A stretch of DNA of 64,000 nt from Rhodothermales bacterium. GTDB taxonomy: Bacteria > Bacteroidota > Rhodothermia > Rhodothermales > Bin80. The notes beneath the pieces were generated by a model. The model saw only the letters and a list, made by a program, of their open reading frames with translations, was not told the origin of the DNA and searched no databases. Made by a program: the position numbers and the translations under genes. The stretch is from the NCBI GenBank assembly GCA_965207385.1, contig CBDBLZ010000008.1, forward strand, positions 3,347 to 67,346, written 5' to 3'. Below, one piece after another: positions 1-9,024 of this stretch (the stretch's first letter is position 1; every line of letters begins with the position of its first letter).

Positions 1-1
1 T

Positions 2-1024
2 TCCGCCACGACCCTCGCAGAAGGCACGGAGCAGGTGCGTCGCATTCAGGACTTCCATCAAAACGGGCGCGGATGGCGAGATATCGGCTACCAGTTCCTG
101 ATGGATCAGGAGGGGCGGCTGTACCAGGGCCGGCCCTTCCTTCGCAATGTTCCGTTTTCAGACGGGCCACCCCTTGCGCACGGTGCGCACGTAGGGGGAG
201 CCAATACTGGCAACATAGGGGTGTCCTTGATGGGCTGCTACCATCCCCCGGAAGGCAGCGGGTGCCTGGACGAGATGACGCAACCGGCACTGGATTCGCT
301 GCTGGTCGTGTTTGCTTTCCTGTCAGAGAGGTACGGTCCTGCGCCAGGTGATATCGGTGGCCATCGAGATTTCAGTGCTACAGCTTGCCCGGGAGACAAC
401 AACTACCGCCAGCTGCCAGATATTCGCGCGGCGGTACAGGACCTGCTCATTACTGGCAACGCCACGCTCGGATCTGCCACCCTTGCGGCTCGCGCAGATT
501 CCGAGGGCCTGGTAACCGTGGAATGGACTTTCACTGCGAACCACGGGATCCAGGAAATCCGGATTGATCGCCTCTCTGCTAACTCCTCGTCGGTGGTCTA
601 TACCAGTACGACGGCAGAGGACGGTCGCATTGTGGATACCGAAATCACGGCGGTAGGACCCATTACATACGCACTGAGCGTGCGAGGCAGCCGTGGCAGG
701 GAGCAAATCCTCGGGACCTACGAGCTAACGGTCGAGGCGCCGGAAGATTTTGTGCTGGCGCAGAACTTCCCCAATCCCGCAAGTGGAAGCACATCCATCC
801 GCTATTTCCTCACGCAGCCCGGCCTTGTATCCCTGGAAGTATTCGATGCCGCAGGCCGCAGGATTGCCACGCTGGAAGACGCCTACCGCGAAGAGGACCG
901 GTGGCACGTGGCGGAGCTAGATACGCGTGACCTGGCCGGTGGCATCTATTTCTACCGCGTGACCCTTGATGGTTTTGCGGGTGTGGTGCACAACACCGTG
1001 AATCCGCTGATCGTGGTGCGGTAG
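2..1024 (+). CDS. N-acetylmuramoyl-L-alanine amidase (PGRP/Amidase_2 domain) with T9SS C-terminal sorting domain; 5' end runs off the window
   Basis: The reading frame is open from nt 2. It carries PGRP/Amidase_2-like motifs GWRDIGYQFLMDQEGRLYQGRP and GHRDFSATACPG. The C-terminal ~90 aa (nt ~749-1021) read NFPNPASGSTSIRYFL...GIYFYRVTL, typical of the T9SS type-A sorting domain. Confidence 0.85.
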   Translation, partial: SATTLAEGTEQVRRIQDFHQNGRGWRDIGYQFLMDQEGRLYQGRPFLRNVPFSDGPPLAHGAHVGGANTGNIGVSLMGCYHPPEGSGCLDEMTQPALDSLLVVFAFLSERYGPAPGDIGGHRDFSATACPGDNNYRQLPDIRAAVQDLLITGNATLGSATLAARADSEGLVTVEWTFTANHGIQEIRIDRLSANSSSVVYTSTTAEDGRIVDTEITAVGPITYALSVRGSRGREQILGTYELTVEAPEDFVLAQNFPNPASGSTSIRYFLTQPGLVSLEVFDAAGRRIATLEDAYREEDRWHVAELDTRDLAGGIYFYRVTLDGFAGVVHNTVNPLIVVR

Positions 1025-1232
1025 TGTGTTCGGCGGATGCAATTGCGAATCAGGACGTACTCCCGAATTCGGGCTTGCCCGTCAGAGTCCATTTCAAGGT
1101 GTCGGGCAAGGCCGATTGCGCCCTCTGGAGCCTGAACCGGACCCGCAAACCCAGGTAGATCTGGTCGAGCGGGAAGCGTGAAACACTGAACGCGGCTCCT
1201 GCCCATTCATTTGGCGACTCGAGACCGGCAGA

Positions 1233-2009
1233 TCAATCCGTGCCGTACACGCGGCGCACACGCGCCCGGTAGTCATCGAAGCACTCGTCGAATCGCTGCG
1301 CGCTCTCTTGCGCGCCGATGTGGTAGCTGCTGGTCAGCACGATGGGGCGCTTGCCCATGCGCGTCAGCTTTTCGGCCGTCAGGCACTTGAGCGCATTGAC
1401 CAGCGCCGCGGCTCCTATGGTCGATCCGGGCCCCACCAGGTCGGCCAGGCCTTCGATCTGCACAAGCGCATCGCCTGCCGGCGTCCCGTTGTCGAGTACT
1501 ACATCCGCGATGTCCATTAGACGCTGTCCGCTGCTATGGCGCGGCTTGGAGGACGAACAATGAGCATGGGATACCACACAGATGACCGGCAGCCCAAGCC
1601 GCTTGGCTTCGACGGCCACCTCGACCACCACTTCATTGACGCCGCTATTGGAAAATACGATGAAGCTGTCCGGAGGCCGGAGAACGAAATTCTTCAGTAT
1701 GGTCTTCCCCAGTCCTTCCACGCGCTCCAGAAAAATGGCCTGACGCTGGCCGTTTGATCCTACCACCGTGTTATGGTAGGTCAGGGACAGCTCGACAATC
1801 GGGTGGAACCCTGGAAAGCTGCCGTAGCGCGGAAACATCTCCTCCACAGCCATGCGGGAATGTCCGGAGCCAAACAGGTGCACCAGTCCTCCACCCGCAA
1901 TAGAACTCGAACAGATATCCGCCGCCTCTTCGAGGGCCCTCAGCTGCGTTTGTCGAATTCTGTCGAGAATCGCCTGCGCGGCGGCAAGATAGTCGAGTGC
2001 AGAACTCAT
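1233..2009 (-). CDS. SIS (sugar isomerase) domain protein, UPF0309-like
   Basis: The track ORF 1233..2246 was trimmed to the internal ATG at 2009 (MSSALDYLAAAQAIL...), because the upstream 79 aa are Arg/Cys/Trp-rich junk. The SIS-like core reads GGLVHLFGSGHS...IVFSNSGVN. It is divergent from the Gfo gene at 2123. Confidence 0.8.
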   Translation of the reverse strand: MSSALDYLAAAQAILDRIRQTQLRALEEAADICSSSIAGGGLVHLFGSGHSRMAVEEMFPRYGSFPGFHPIVELSLTYHNTVVGSNGQRQAIFLERVEGLGKTILKNFVLRPPDSFIVFSNSGVNEVVVEVAVEAKRLGLPVICVVSHAHCSSSKPRHSSGQRLMDIADVVLDNGTPAGDALVQIEGLADLVGPGSTIGAAALVNALKCLTAEKLTRMGKRPIVLTSSYHIGAQESAQRFDECFDDYRARVRRVYGTD

Positions 2010-2122
2010 GCTCTTACGAGACCAAATTTGAAGAGGCGTGCAATTATCGGGGGCCACCATACCCGGAAGCTTGAATCGGGCGAGCCCACTCACGAACTTA
2101 GCGCCAGCCAACGCTAGCCTCC

Positions 2123-3331
2123 ATGGAACGATCCCGTAACATAACCATGCTCGGCACAGGACTGATCGGGCTATTCTACACCATGTCGCTGCACGGCCAG
2201 AGAGGCCGCGACCGCGTTCGCATGGTCTATTCGAGGGACGAGACAAAGGCCCGAGCCTTTGCGGAGAAGTGGAGTATTCCTATCTGGAGTACGAACATGG
2301 CTGACGCGATCCGGCACCCCGACACGGACGTCGTGATTATCGGGCTGCCCAATCATTTACACGAGCGCGCCGTAAGGCTCTGCGCCGAGGCGGGCAAGGC
2401 CGTGCTGTGCACCAAGCCTCTGGCACGCACGGCAGCGGAGGCGAAGCGCATTCTTGACATCGTTGAGGAATCCGGCATATTCGCCGGTTACCTGGAAGAC
2501 CTGGTCTATACGCCCAAGACCCTCAAGGCGCTGGAGTCGGTTCGAAGTGGTGCGCTGGGCAAGGTATTGTGGGCCCGTTCTCGCGAGACCCACAGCGGCC
2601 CCCACAGCAGCTGGTTCTGGGACACGGAACTGGCTGGAGGCGGCGCCATCGTCGACCTGGGCTGCCACTGCATAGAAATCGTGCGAAGCTTCATCGGCAA
2701 GGACATCCGACCGGTCGAAGTCATGTGCTGGGCCGACACGCTCGTGCATCCCATTGATGCTGAAGACAACGGTATCGGCCTCATCCGCTTCGAAAACGGT
2801 GCGATGGGACAATTCGAGGTCAGCTGGACGTTTCGGGGCGGCATGGACCTCCGGGATGAGGTGGCGGGCACGGAAGGGACGATCTGGCTGAATCACTTCC
2901 TCCGCACGGGCTTCGAAATGTTCACCAGCGGAGCCGGGACCGGGTACGTGGCAGAAAAGGCGGACCAGGAAACAGGCTGGCTCTTCCCCGTTGGAGATGA
3001 AGTGGTGGAGCTGGGCTACATCGACATGTTCACCGACATGTTCGATTCCATGGAGGCAGGCCGGGAGCCCAGAGAGACGTTCTACGACGGATACATCGTA
3101 AATGCCGTAATCGATGCCTGCTACCGATCTGTCCGATCCGGGAAGTGGGAGCCCGTACAGATCGACGACTGGCGGGGGATGCGCGCTGCCGAAGAAATCG
3201 GGAGCAGGCAAGAGACCATTGACGGCTTTCTGGTGATGAAGCGCGAACGCATGCCTGACGGAGCGGTGAAGCTCATTCTCAGGGATCCGGCTACGGGCGA
3301 GATTCACGAACGCCTCGCGCCGGAAGCCTAG
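2123..3331 (+). CDS. Gfo/Idh/MocA family oxidoreductase (cytoplasmic)
   Basis: N-terminal Rossmann fold GTGLIGLFY...[32 protein letters not shown]. There is no signal peptide. An alternative start exists at ATG 2147. Confidence 0.9.
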   Translation: MERSRNITMLGTGLIGLFYTMSLHGQRGRDRVRMVYSRDETKARAFAEKWSIPIWSTNMADAIRHPDTDVVIIGLPNHLHERAVRLCAEAGKAVLCTKPLARTAAEAKRILDIVEESGIFAGYLEDLVYTPKTLKALESVRSGALGKVLWARSRETHSGPHSSWFWDTELAGGGAIVDLGCHCIEIVRSFIGKDIRPVEVMCWADTLVHPIDAEDNGIGLIRFENGAMGQFEVSWTFRGGMDLRDEVAGTEGTIWLNHFLRTGFEMFTSGAGTGYVAEKADQETGWLFPVGDEVVELGYIDMFTDMFDSMEAGREPRETFYDGYIVNAVIDACYRSVRSGKWEPVQIDDWRGMRAAEEIGSRQETIDGFLVMKRERMPDGAVKLILRDPATGEIHERLAPEA

Positions 3332-3338
3332 CCTGGCC

Positions 3339-4196
3339 ATGATCGAACCATTTGCCAGGGATGCGTCCTTTCTCGCGGATGTAAGAAGCGGCGCAGCCCG
3401 TTCGGAGGATGCATTTCGCCTCTGGTGGCTGGGGCAGAGCGGCTTCCTGCTTCAGTGGAATGGCCGGCACTTGCTGCTCGATCCCTACCTGTCGGATTCG
3501 CTCACCGAGAAGTATCATACCACTGACAAGCCGCATGTGCGCATGACGCGGCGCGTCGTCGCTCCCGAGAAGCTTGATTTCGTGGATGTCGCAACGTCAA
3601 GCCACAACCACACGGATCATCTGGACGGCGCCACGCTACTGCCACTTATGCTCGTCAATCCGTCCATGCAGATGATCATCCCCGAAGCGAACCGCAGTTT
3701 TGTCGCCGAAAGGCTTGTGTGTGACCCTGCCTGGCCCGTGGGGCTTACCGACGGTGCCACCGTCACGAGCGCCGGCTTCACGTTCACCGCCGTACCGGCC
3801 GCCCACGAATCGCTGTCCACCGACGCCGCGGGAAACCACCGTTTTCTCGGCTACGTCGTCCAGTTCGGGAGATGGAAGCTCTACCACAGCGGAGACACGA
3901 TGCTCTACGACGGCATAGAAGAGCGGCTTCGCAGGCACAATGTCGACCTTGCGCTGCTGCCCATAAACGGACGCAAGGAGTCTCGCCGCGTGGCGGGGAA
4001 CCTGGACGGACCCCAGGCGGCGGGCCTCGCCTGTGCCATCGGCGCACGTGTTGTCATTCCCTGTCACTACGAAATGTTTACCTTCAATACTGCCTCACCG
4101 GACGCATTCATCGAGGAAGCCCGACGCTTAGGACAGCGCTATCACATTCTGCGAAGTGGCGAGGTCTTCGCACAGTACATGCTGCCCGGGCATTAG
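3339..4196 (+). CDS. MBL-fold metallo-hydrolase (UlaG-like)
   Basis: Contains the HxHxDH motif SSHNHTDHLDG. It starts 8 nt after the preceding stop, suggesting an operon with the Gfo gene. Confidence 0.8.
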   Translation: MIEPFARDASFLADVRSGAARSEDAFRLWWLGQSGFLLQWNGRHLLLDPYLSDSLTEKYHTTDKPHVRMTRRVVAPEKLDFVDVATSSHNHTDHLDGATLLPLMLVNPSMQMIIPEANRSFVAERLVCDPAWPVGLTDGATVTSAGFTFTAVPAAHESLSTDAAGNHRFLGYVVQFGRWKLYHSGDTMLYDGIEERLRRHNVDLALLPINGRKESRRVAGNLDGPQAAGLACAIGARVVIPCHYEMFTFNTASPDAFIEEARRLGQRYHILRSGEVFAQYMLPGH

Positions 4197-4711
4197 CTGA
4201 TCAATGGGCATCAGGTCCAAGCGCGCGCGATGATCGCGCATGCTGCAGGCGAAGCGCCGCAAGAGCCAGGGAATACGACCACAACGGGCCCACAGAGGGC
4301 GTATGTCTCCAACTGCCAAACCGAAATCCGTCGGCGTGCGTGGCCTCCACTATCGCTGTCTTGCGTCCAAGGCCACAAGTTACCGGATCTGACGTGGTGC
4401 GCTCTTCCATTCAGAATAGCAGCCCTTGATTGCTCGCAATCCACACCCGCTTGCCGACCAATGGCAGGACATTCAGTAGGGACCGTTTCCGTCAATCGCC
4501 TGCGTCTCGATTCCCATTTGAGTGAATCTATCGATGTCCGAATCGGCGAGGCATTCGCAAAGGGCTCTTCGCTCAAGCACAACTTCGGCGGGGAATGCAC
4601 ACACGCTGACCTGCATCTCGATAAAGCTGTGACCATAATCGATGCGCCTCGGAAGAGTATATTCCGCACCGCGAAGAGAACCCCCGCGGCCAGCGAAGCC
4701 AGCTCTGCAGC

Positions 4712-5710
4712 TCAAACAAGGGATAAGCTCATCCCGACACGCTCGGCCACGGCCTGTGCGAGTGCCCGGAAGTCGCGATAGCACCCCTGTACCGCGGCGA
4801 CGTGCCCACCGAGAGCACCATCGGCCGGCTTGAGCGCGAACATGGGCTTTCTGGCTTCCTGCGCAAGCGGCATTAGGCTGCGGTAGTGCTTGAGGTTAGC
4901 GAGACAATTCGGATCCTGATCTATTTCGAGATCCACCGAAGGCGCACTCGCACCGACCACTGACTCCTCGTAGACAGCGGGAATTCGCGCCATCCATCGA
5001 CCATAGGCCTTCACCGGACGATCCAGGCGAGTTGCGTGCTGCATGACAACATAGCCGATGGGGCGCATTGCACCCTCCGGCATGGCAAGGTCAGCGACGG
5101 GGTTGCGCTCGCGCCTCTCGCTCCATTCGCGCTGCCAGCGACGGAGAGTCGGCCCCAGGTTACGGAGGCCTTGAAGTGAATAGAGATCGGGAGCCAGTGG
5201 AACGACGACCGAATCGGCCGTGACGAGGGCAGCGCGGTTGAAAGCCCCCAAGTTCGGCCCCACGTCCACCAGAATCAGCTCTGCTCCGATCTGCTTAGCT
5301 CCCTGCCTCAGGATGCGGGCAAGCGCGGAGAGAACCCGAAAGGCTCGACGCTTTCGGTCCAGGCACGCAGGCCACTGACTTGAGAGTTCGTCCTCGGCGT
5401 CGGCAAGAAGGAGATCTCCTATTACGAGTCCAAGTCCGAGCTCTGGCTTTATTACTCGAGGGGCAACCACATCGCCAGTACCCTCAAGGAGCGGACGGAG
5501 CGCACCGTATACGGTATGCCGCTCCCCGCTGTCTCGCCAATGCCTCTCCAACTCCTCATCGTCGAGAAACATGCTCGTCAAATTGGCCTGGGGGTCGAGA
5601 TCCGCGGCCAGTACGTTCACACCGAGGCGGGCGTACATCCAGGCGAGGTGGTAGACCAGCGAAGTCTTTCCGACACCGCCCTTGTTATTGAAGAAGGCAA
5701 TCGTAATCAC
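4712..5710 (-). CDS. ParA/MinD-type P-loop ATPase (332 aa), no ParB partner
   Basis: Deviant Walker A FFNNKGGVGKTS followed by LAADLDPQANLT. Its start overlaps the stop of the upstream AlbA_2 gene by 4 nt (5707-5710). Confidence 0.85.
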   Translation of the reverse strand: MITIAFFNNKGGVGKTSLVYHLAWMYARLGVNVLAADLDPQANLTSMFLDDEELERHWRDSGERHTVYGALRPLLEGTGDVVAPRVIKPELGLGLVIGDLLLADAEDELSSQWPACLDRKRRAFRVLSALARILRQGAKQIGAELILVDVGPNLGAFNRAALVTADSVVVPLAPDLYSLQGLRNLGPTLRRWQREWSERRERNPVADLAMPEGAMRPIGYVVMQHATRLDRPVKAYGRWMARIPAVYEESVVGASAPSVDLEIDQDPNCLANLKHYRSLMPLAQEARKPMFALKPADGALGGHVAAVQGCYRDFRALAQAVAERVGMSLSLV

Positions 5711-6996
5711 AGGACCGCCCTCACAGTAACAGCAACGTGTGTAGGCTGAAGATCGAACTCCGGCTTCGGATTGCCGTTCTGCGCCAGCTCCTTGCGAGCA
5801 AGCGGTACTCCAAGGCCGAAACGTTGCGCAAAACCAAGATGGTGCATGATTTCGGCAACAAGTGGATTCCGGTAGTCAGTCGTTCCCTCGCCGAAATTCT
5901 CCTGGTTCACCTGACCGAATAGTCCACCGGGATTCTGAATCTCCACCCGGTCGGAAAACCAGTAAATGCGCACAGGTGCATTGGTGCCCTCGTAGCTTCG
6001 ATGCATTACTGCGTTTCGCGAGAGCTGCTGGAGCGCTATCAGCGGATAGTCGGGCGCATGTTTTTCTAAGGTCGTCGTCGCGACCTCTGTGCGGACCGAA
6101 ATGTTCAGTCGCAGGAGTTCCTCCAACTGCCGCAGCACATCGTCGATCCTCCCGGTAAGCCTTTTCTGATCTCGGATCGGGTCCGTGATCTCTGTGCCGT
6201 CAACGCGGAGAAACTGCACATACGCCCCAGGTACCCAGCCCTGGGGATCCCGCCCGAGACCCAGAAGCGCGCCCCAGGTCGGCACATCACCCACGAGCAT
6301 ACGCAGCGACCGGAGCTGCTGATTCAAAGACCGATTGTTGTCCTCCAGAATCTCCGGAGCGATTGCCTGTGGCAGGAATTGGGTCCTGACATACTCTACA
6401 TTGAGATCATTAATCGAGGCGTCCGGCGCCGGACGCTGATCAAAGGGCAGCTCACCGGCGCGTCGGCGCTCGCTAAGCCGCTGCTCTTCCTCGAGAGTGG
6501 CCTGACGCAATGTCGGGCCAACTCTCACCCAGGCTCGTCCTCGAAAGCGTACGGGCGGACTCCGTGATGGCTCGACCAGTATTACAGCGACTTCGCATCC
6601 CGAGTACACATGTTTCTGGACGACAAGAGACGGTGTGGGAATAATGGTCCCATCGTCCTTCATGCCAGCAAGTTCTTTCAAGAGCTGGTCGTCGATCGTT
6701 GTGTCGGCGCATTCACCGTTGTCCTCGACACCAATGAAGATTGCCCCGGGCAGGCCATGGCCTGGAAGATCGTTGGCGAGAGCGCAGATATTTCGCCGAA
6801 GTTTCTTGGAGTCGGAGGCGGAACGCTTTCGCTCGACCCGGTCGGACTCGAGATCAACCAGCAATCGGTTAAGTTCGCGCGTGTTCAACGGATATGTCCT
6901 TAGTCCCTCCAGTCTCTTGCGTATCCGCGGAAAGATACCGATGATGCGGCTAAGCTCAAAGGCCCGGTCACTCAAGGAGGTACGGGCGAATGGCAT
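5707..6996 (-). CDS. AlbA_2 (Schlafen-like divergent AAA) + HATPase_c_4 domain protein, annotated in databases as putative DNA-binding/ATP-binding protein
   Basis: The N-terminal region reads ESDRVERKRS...RNICALANDLPG...IFIGVEDNG. The C-terminal region reads NAVMHRSYEGTNAPVRIYWFSDRVEIQNPGGL...DYRNPLVAEIMHHLGFAQRFGLGV. Both architectures were recognised by eye. Confidence 0.75.
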   Translation of the reverse strand: MPFARTSLSDRAFELSRIIGIFPRIRKRLEGLRTYPLNTRELNRLLVDLESDRVERKRSASDSKKLRRNICALANDLPGHGLPGAIFIGVEDNGECADTTIDDQLLKELAGMKDDGTIIPTPSLVVQKHVYSGCEVAVILVEPSRSPPVRFRGRAWVRVGPTLRQATLEEEQRLSERRRAGELPFDQRPAPDASINDLNVEYVRTQFLPQAIAPEILEDNNRSLNQQLRSLRMLVGDVPTWGALLGLGRDPQGWVPGAYVQFLRVDGTEITDPIRDQKRLTGRIDDVLRQLEELLRLNISVRTEVATTTLEKHAPDYPLIALQQLSRNAVMHRSYEGTNAPVRIYWFSDRVEIQNPGGLFGQVNQENFGEGTTDYRNPLVAEIMHHLGFAQRFGLGVPLARKELAQNGNPKPEFDLQPTHVAVTVRAVL

Positions 6997-7248
6997 CCCA
7001 ATTCAGCACGCACTCCAGATTCGCTGCCGAAATTTCAGCCCGCGACAGTGGTCGAAAAGGTTTGGAGAGGACGATTCCGTGGTCCAGAATCCGATGCTTC
7101 CCACTCGTCCGCGAAAGACTGCCTACGACCAAACTACTTGTAGCCAGCTTTACGGCGCGTCATCCGGCGTGCATTTGGCATTTGGTGCCAAGGTGCCGCC
7201 TGTAGATTCAGCGGCTACCCTGGGAGGCCCGCCTCGGACTGCCAATGC

Positions 7249-7632
7249 CTACCGATTTGCGTCCGCCCTTGTTACCCGTATTCGGACAGGCGAGGTGCCA
7301 TCATCGCCGAGCTCAGAGACCGTACCAGTAATAATTCGCACCGGCCGGCTTGCGACAGCGGCTTCGTACTGGCTTAGCTTGCCCGTCCATTCAACATCAA
7401 GTGCGACCCGCTCAGGCAGCCGCTCAGCGGCGGAAGCAGGTAATACTGTTACGCGTACGCTGTCGCCTATCCGATTGAAAGTCACTGTAATCGGATGCTT
7501 AGCCGCTTCTGTAGCTTCAAGGTCCGGGACGGAGGCGCCCCCCGCTGCAGCTTCTTCCGCGACGAGGGATTCGACGCCCGTCTCGCATCCGAGCACAAGC
7601 AATCCAAGCACGGCAAACATTGCGAAGCGCAT
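7249..7632 (-). CDS. small lipoprotein, unknown function
   Basis: The track ORF was trimmed to ATG 7632. The N-terminus MRFAMFAVLGLLVLGC is a lipobox-type signal. No family was recognised. Confidence 0.55.
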   Translation of the reverse strand: MRFAMFAVLGLLVLGCETGVESLVAEEAAAGGASVPDLEATEAAKHPITVTFNRIGDSVRVTVLPASAAERLPERVALDVEWTGKLSQYEAAVASRPVRIITGTVSELGDDGTSPVRIRVTRADANR

Positions 7633-7857
7633 GAGCAGGCCTCCGATAGGCAAGTGGATTGAGATTGGATGAAGCACGGGCCGGCAAGTTCCGTGCGTCT
7701 ATTCCTGTTTGACGGGCCCTGCGCGTCCTGACGGTGCCGAATCGAACACCTCTGACCGGAGCCAGTGCCTCCGGTGGACCGTGTCTTGCGATGACGCGTC
7801 TCGACCCCGGAGAATCGGCCGCGACGCGCTCACTTCGTGACATAATTGACGGGCGCT

Positions 7858-9024
7858 TCAGATTCGATTCGGTTTCTTCGGCAGACCAAGTACGTAACTT
7901 GTGCTGCGGCCTCCGCCCGGCGCCTTTTCGAGCACTCCCTTCGTGATCAGGCTATTGATGTCTCGAAGCGCGGTGTCCGGCGAGCATTTTGCAATCCTTG
8001 CCCATTTCGACGATGTCATCTTGCCTTCAAATCCGTCTAGAAGGCGATTTAGCATTTTCACCTGGCGCGGATTGAAGGGCACCTGGGCGCAGTCTCGCCA
8101 AAAGCGGGCTTTCTGCAGCACGCCACCAACTGCATGATCCGCTCCATCAAGGGCCCGGCCAAGGCAGTCAAGGAACCAGTAGAGCCAGAGCGTTACATCC
8201 AGGTCGCCTTTCTGTGTGCGTTCAAGGATTCCGTAGTACGCCTTGCGCTCCCGCCGGATTTGCGCCGACATGCTGTAAAAGCGCCGCGCACTGCCTTCGG
8301 ATCGAGCCAGCGCCATATCGGCAATGGCCCGTGCAATGCGCCCGTTTCCGTCCTCGAACGGGTGAATCGTGACAAACCACAGGTGTGCGATGGCGGCAGC
8401 AATCAGCGGGTGGCTGCCCCCGCGCCGCTCAAACCAGTCCAGAAACGTGTCCATCTCAGATTCGATGCGATCCGATGTCGGGGCGTGGAAATGAACCCGC
8501 TCCCGTCCGACGGCTCCGGATACGACCTGCATCGGGCCGGAACGTTCATCTCGCCATGCTCCGACCACGATCCGACGTAGGTCTGAGTGCCCGGAGGGAA
8601 AAAGGGCCGCATGCCAGCCAAACAGCCGCGCGGCAGTAAGGGGCCGGTCATAGCCGCGGGTTGCATCAAGCGCCATTGCTACGACGCCTTCCACTTCCCG
8701 GTCGGACTCCACCAGGGCCCCTGTATCAAGGCCAAGCCGCCGCGCAATGGACGAGCGTACTTGGTCTCCATCAAGGATTGCACCCTCAATCTCGCTGGTT
8801 TTTACGACATCCATCGTCAGGGTAAGCAGTTCGGCTTCGTTTCCCAAATCGAATCCGATGCCATCCATGCGACCGAGCAGCTGGCCCTGCTTGTAGCAGA
8901 CGGTGGCCAGCTTTTCCGTCAGCGCCGAATCATCCCACCGGAAGTCTGGCCAACCTGATAGTTCGTGTATATAGGTCACTGAATTCGAGTCCCGTGCGGA
9001 GATTACATGCCGCAATACCCGCAT
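7858..9024 (-). CDS. Fic family protein (AMPylase-type), class II with internal inhibitory helix and C-terminal winged-helix
   Basis: Fic active-site motif HPFEDGNGRIARA (HxFx[D/E]GNGRxxR). Upstream inhibitory motif TSEIEG ([S/T]xxxE[G/N]). N-terminal YIHELSGWPDFRWD is typical of Fic_N. Confidence 0.9.
   Translation of the reverse strand: MRVLRHVISARDSNSVTYIHELSGWPDFRWDDSALTEKLATVCYKQGQLLGRMDGIGFDLGNEAELLTLTMDVVKTSEIEGAILDGDQVRSSIARRLGLDTGALVESDREVEGVVAMALDATRGYDRPLTAARLFGWHAALFPSGHSDLRRIVVGAWRDERSGPMQVVSGAVGRERVHFHAPTSDRIESEMDTFLDWFERRGGSHPLIAAAIAHLWFVTIHPFEDGNGRIARAIADMALARSEGSARRFYSMSAQIRRERKAYYGILERTQKGDLDVTLWLYWFLDCLGRALDGADHAVGGVLQKARFWRDCAQVPFNPRQVKMLNRLLDGFEGKMTSSKWARIAKCSPDTALRDINSLITKGVLEKAPGGGRSTSYVLGLPKKPNRI

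Noticed and set aside
1071-1113. Imperfect hairpin (CTTGCCCG ... CGGGCAAG with a 21-nt loop) between the convergent amidase and SIS genes, considered as a terminator. A similar GC hairpin lies at 42312-42328, downstream of cvpA.
   Set aside because: Neither has a U-tract, and the loops are too long or too short. Such hairpins occur readily in GC-rich DNA, so neither is reported as a terminator feature.
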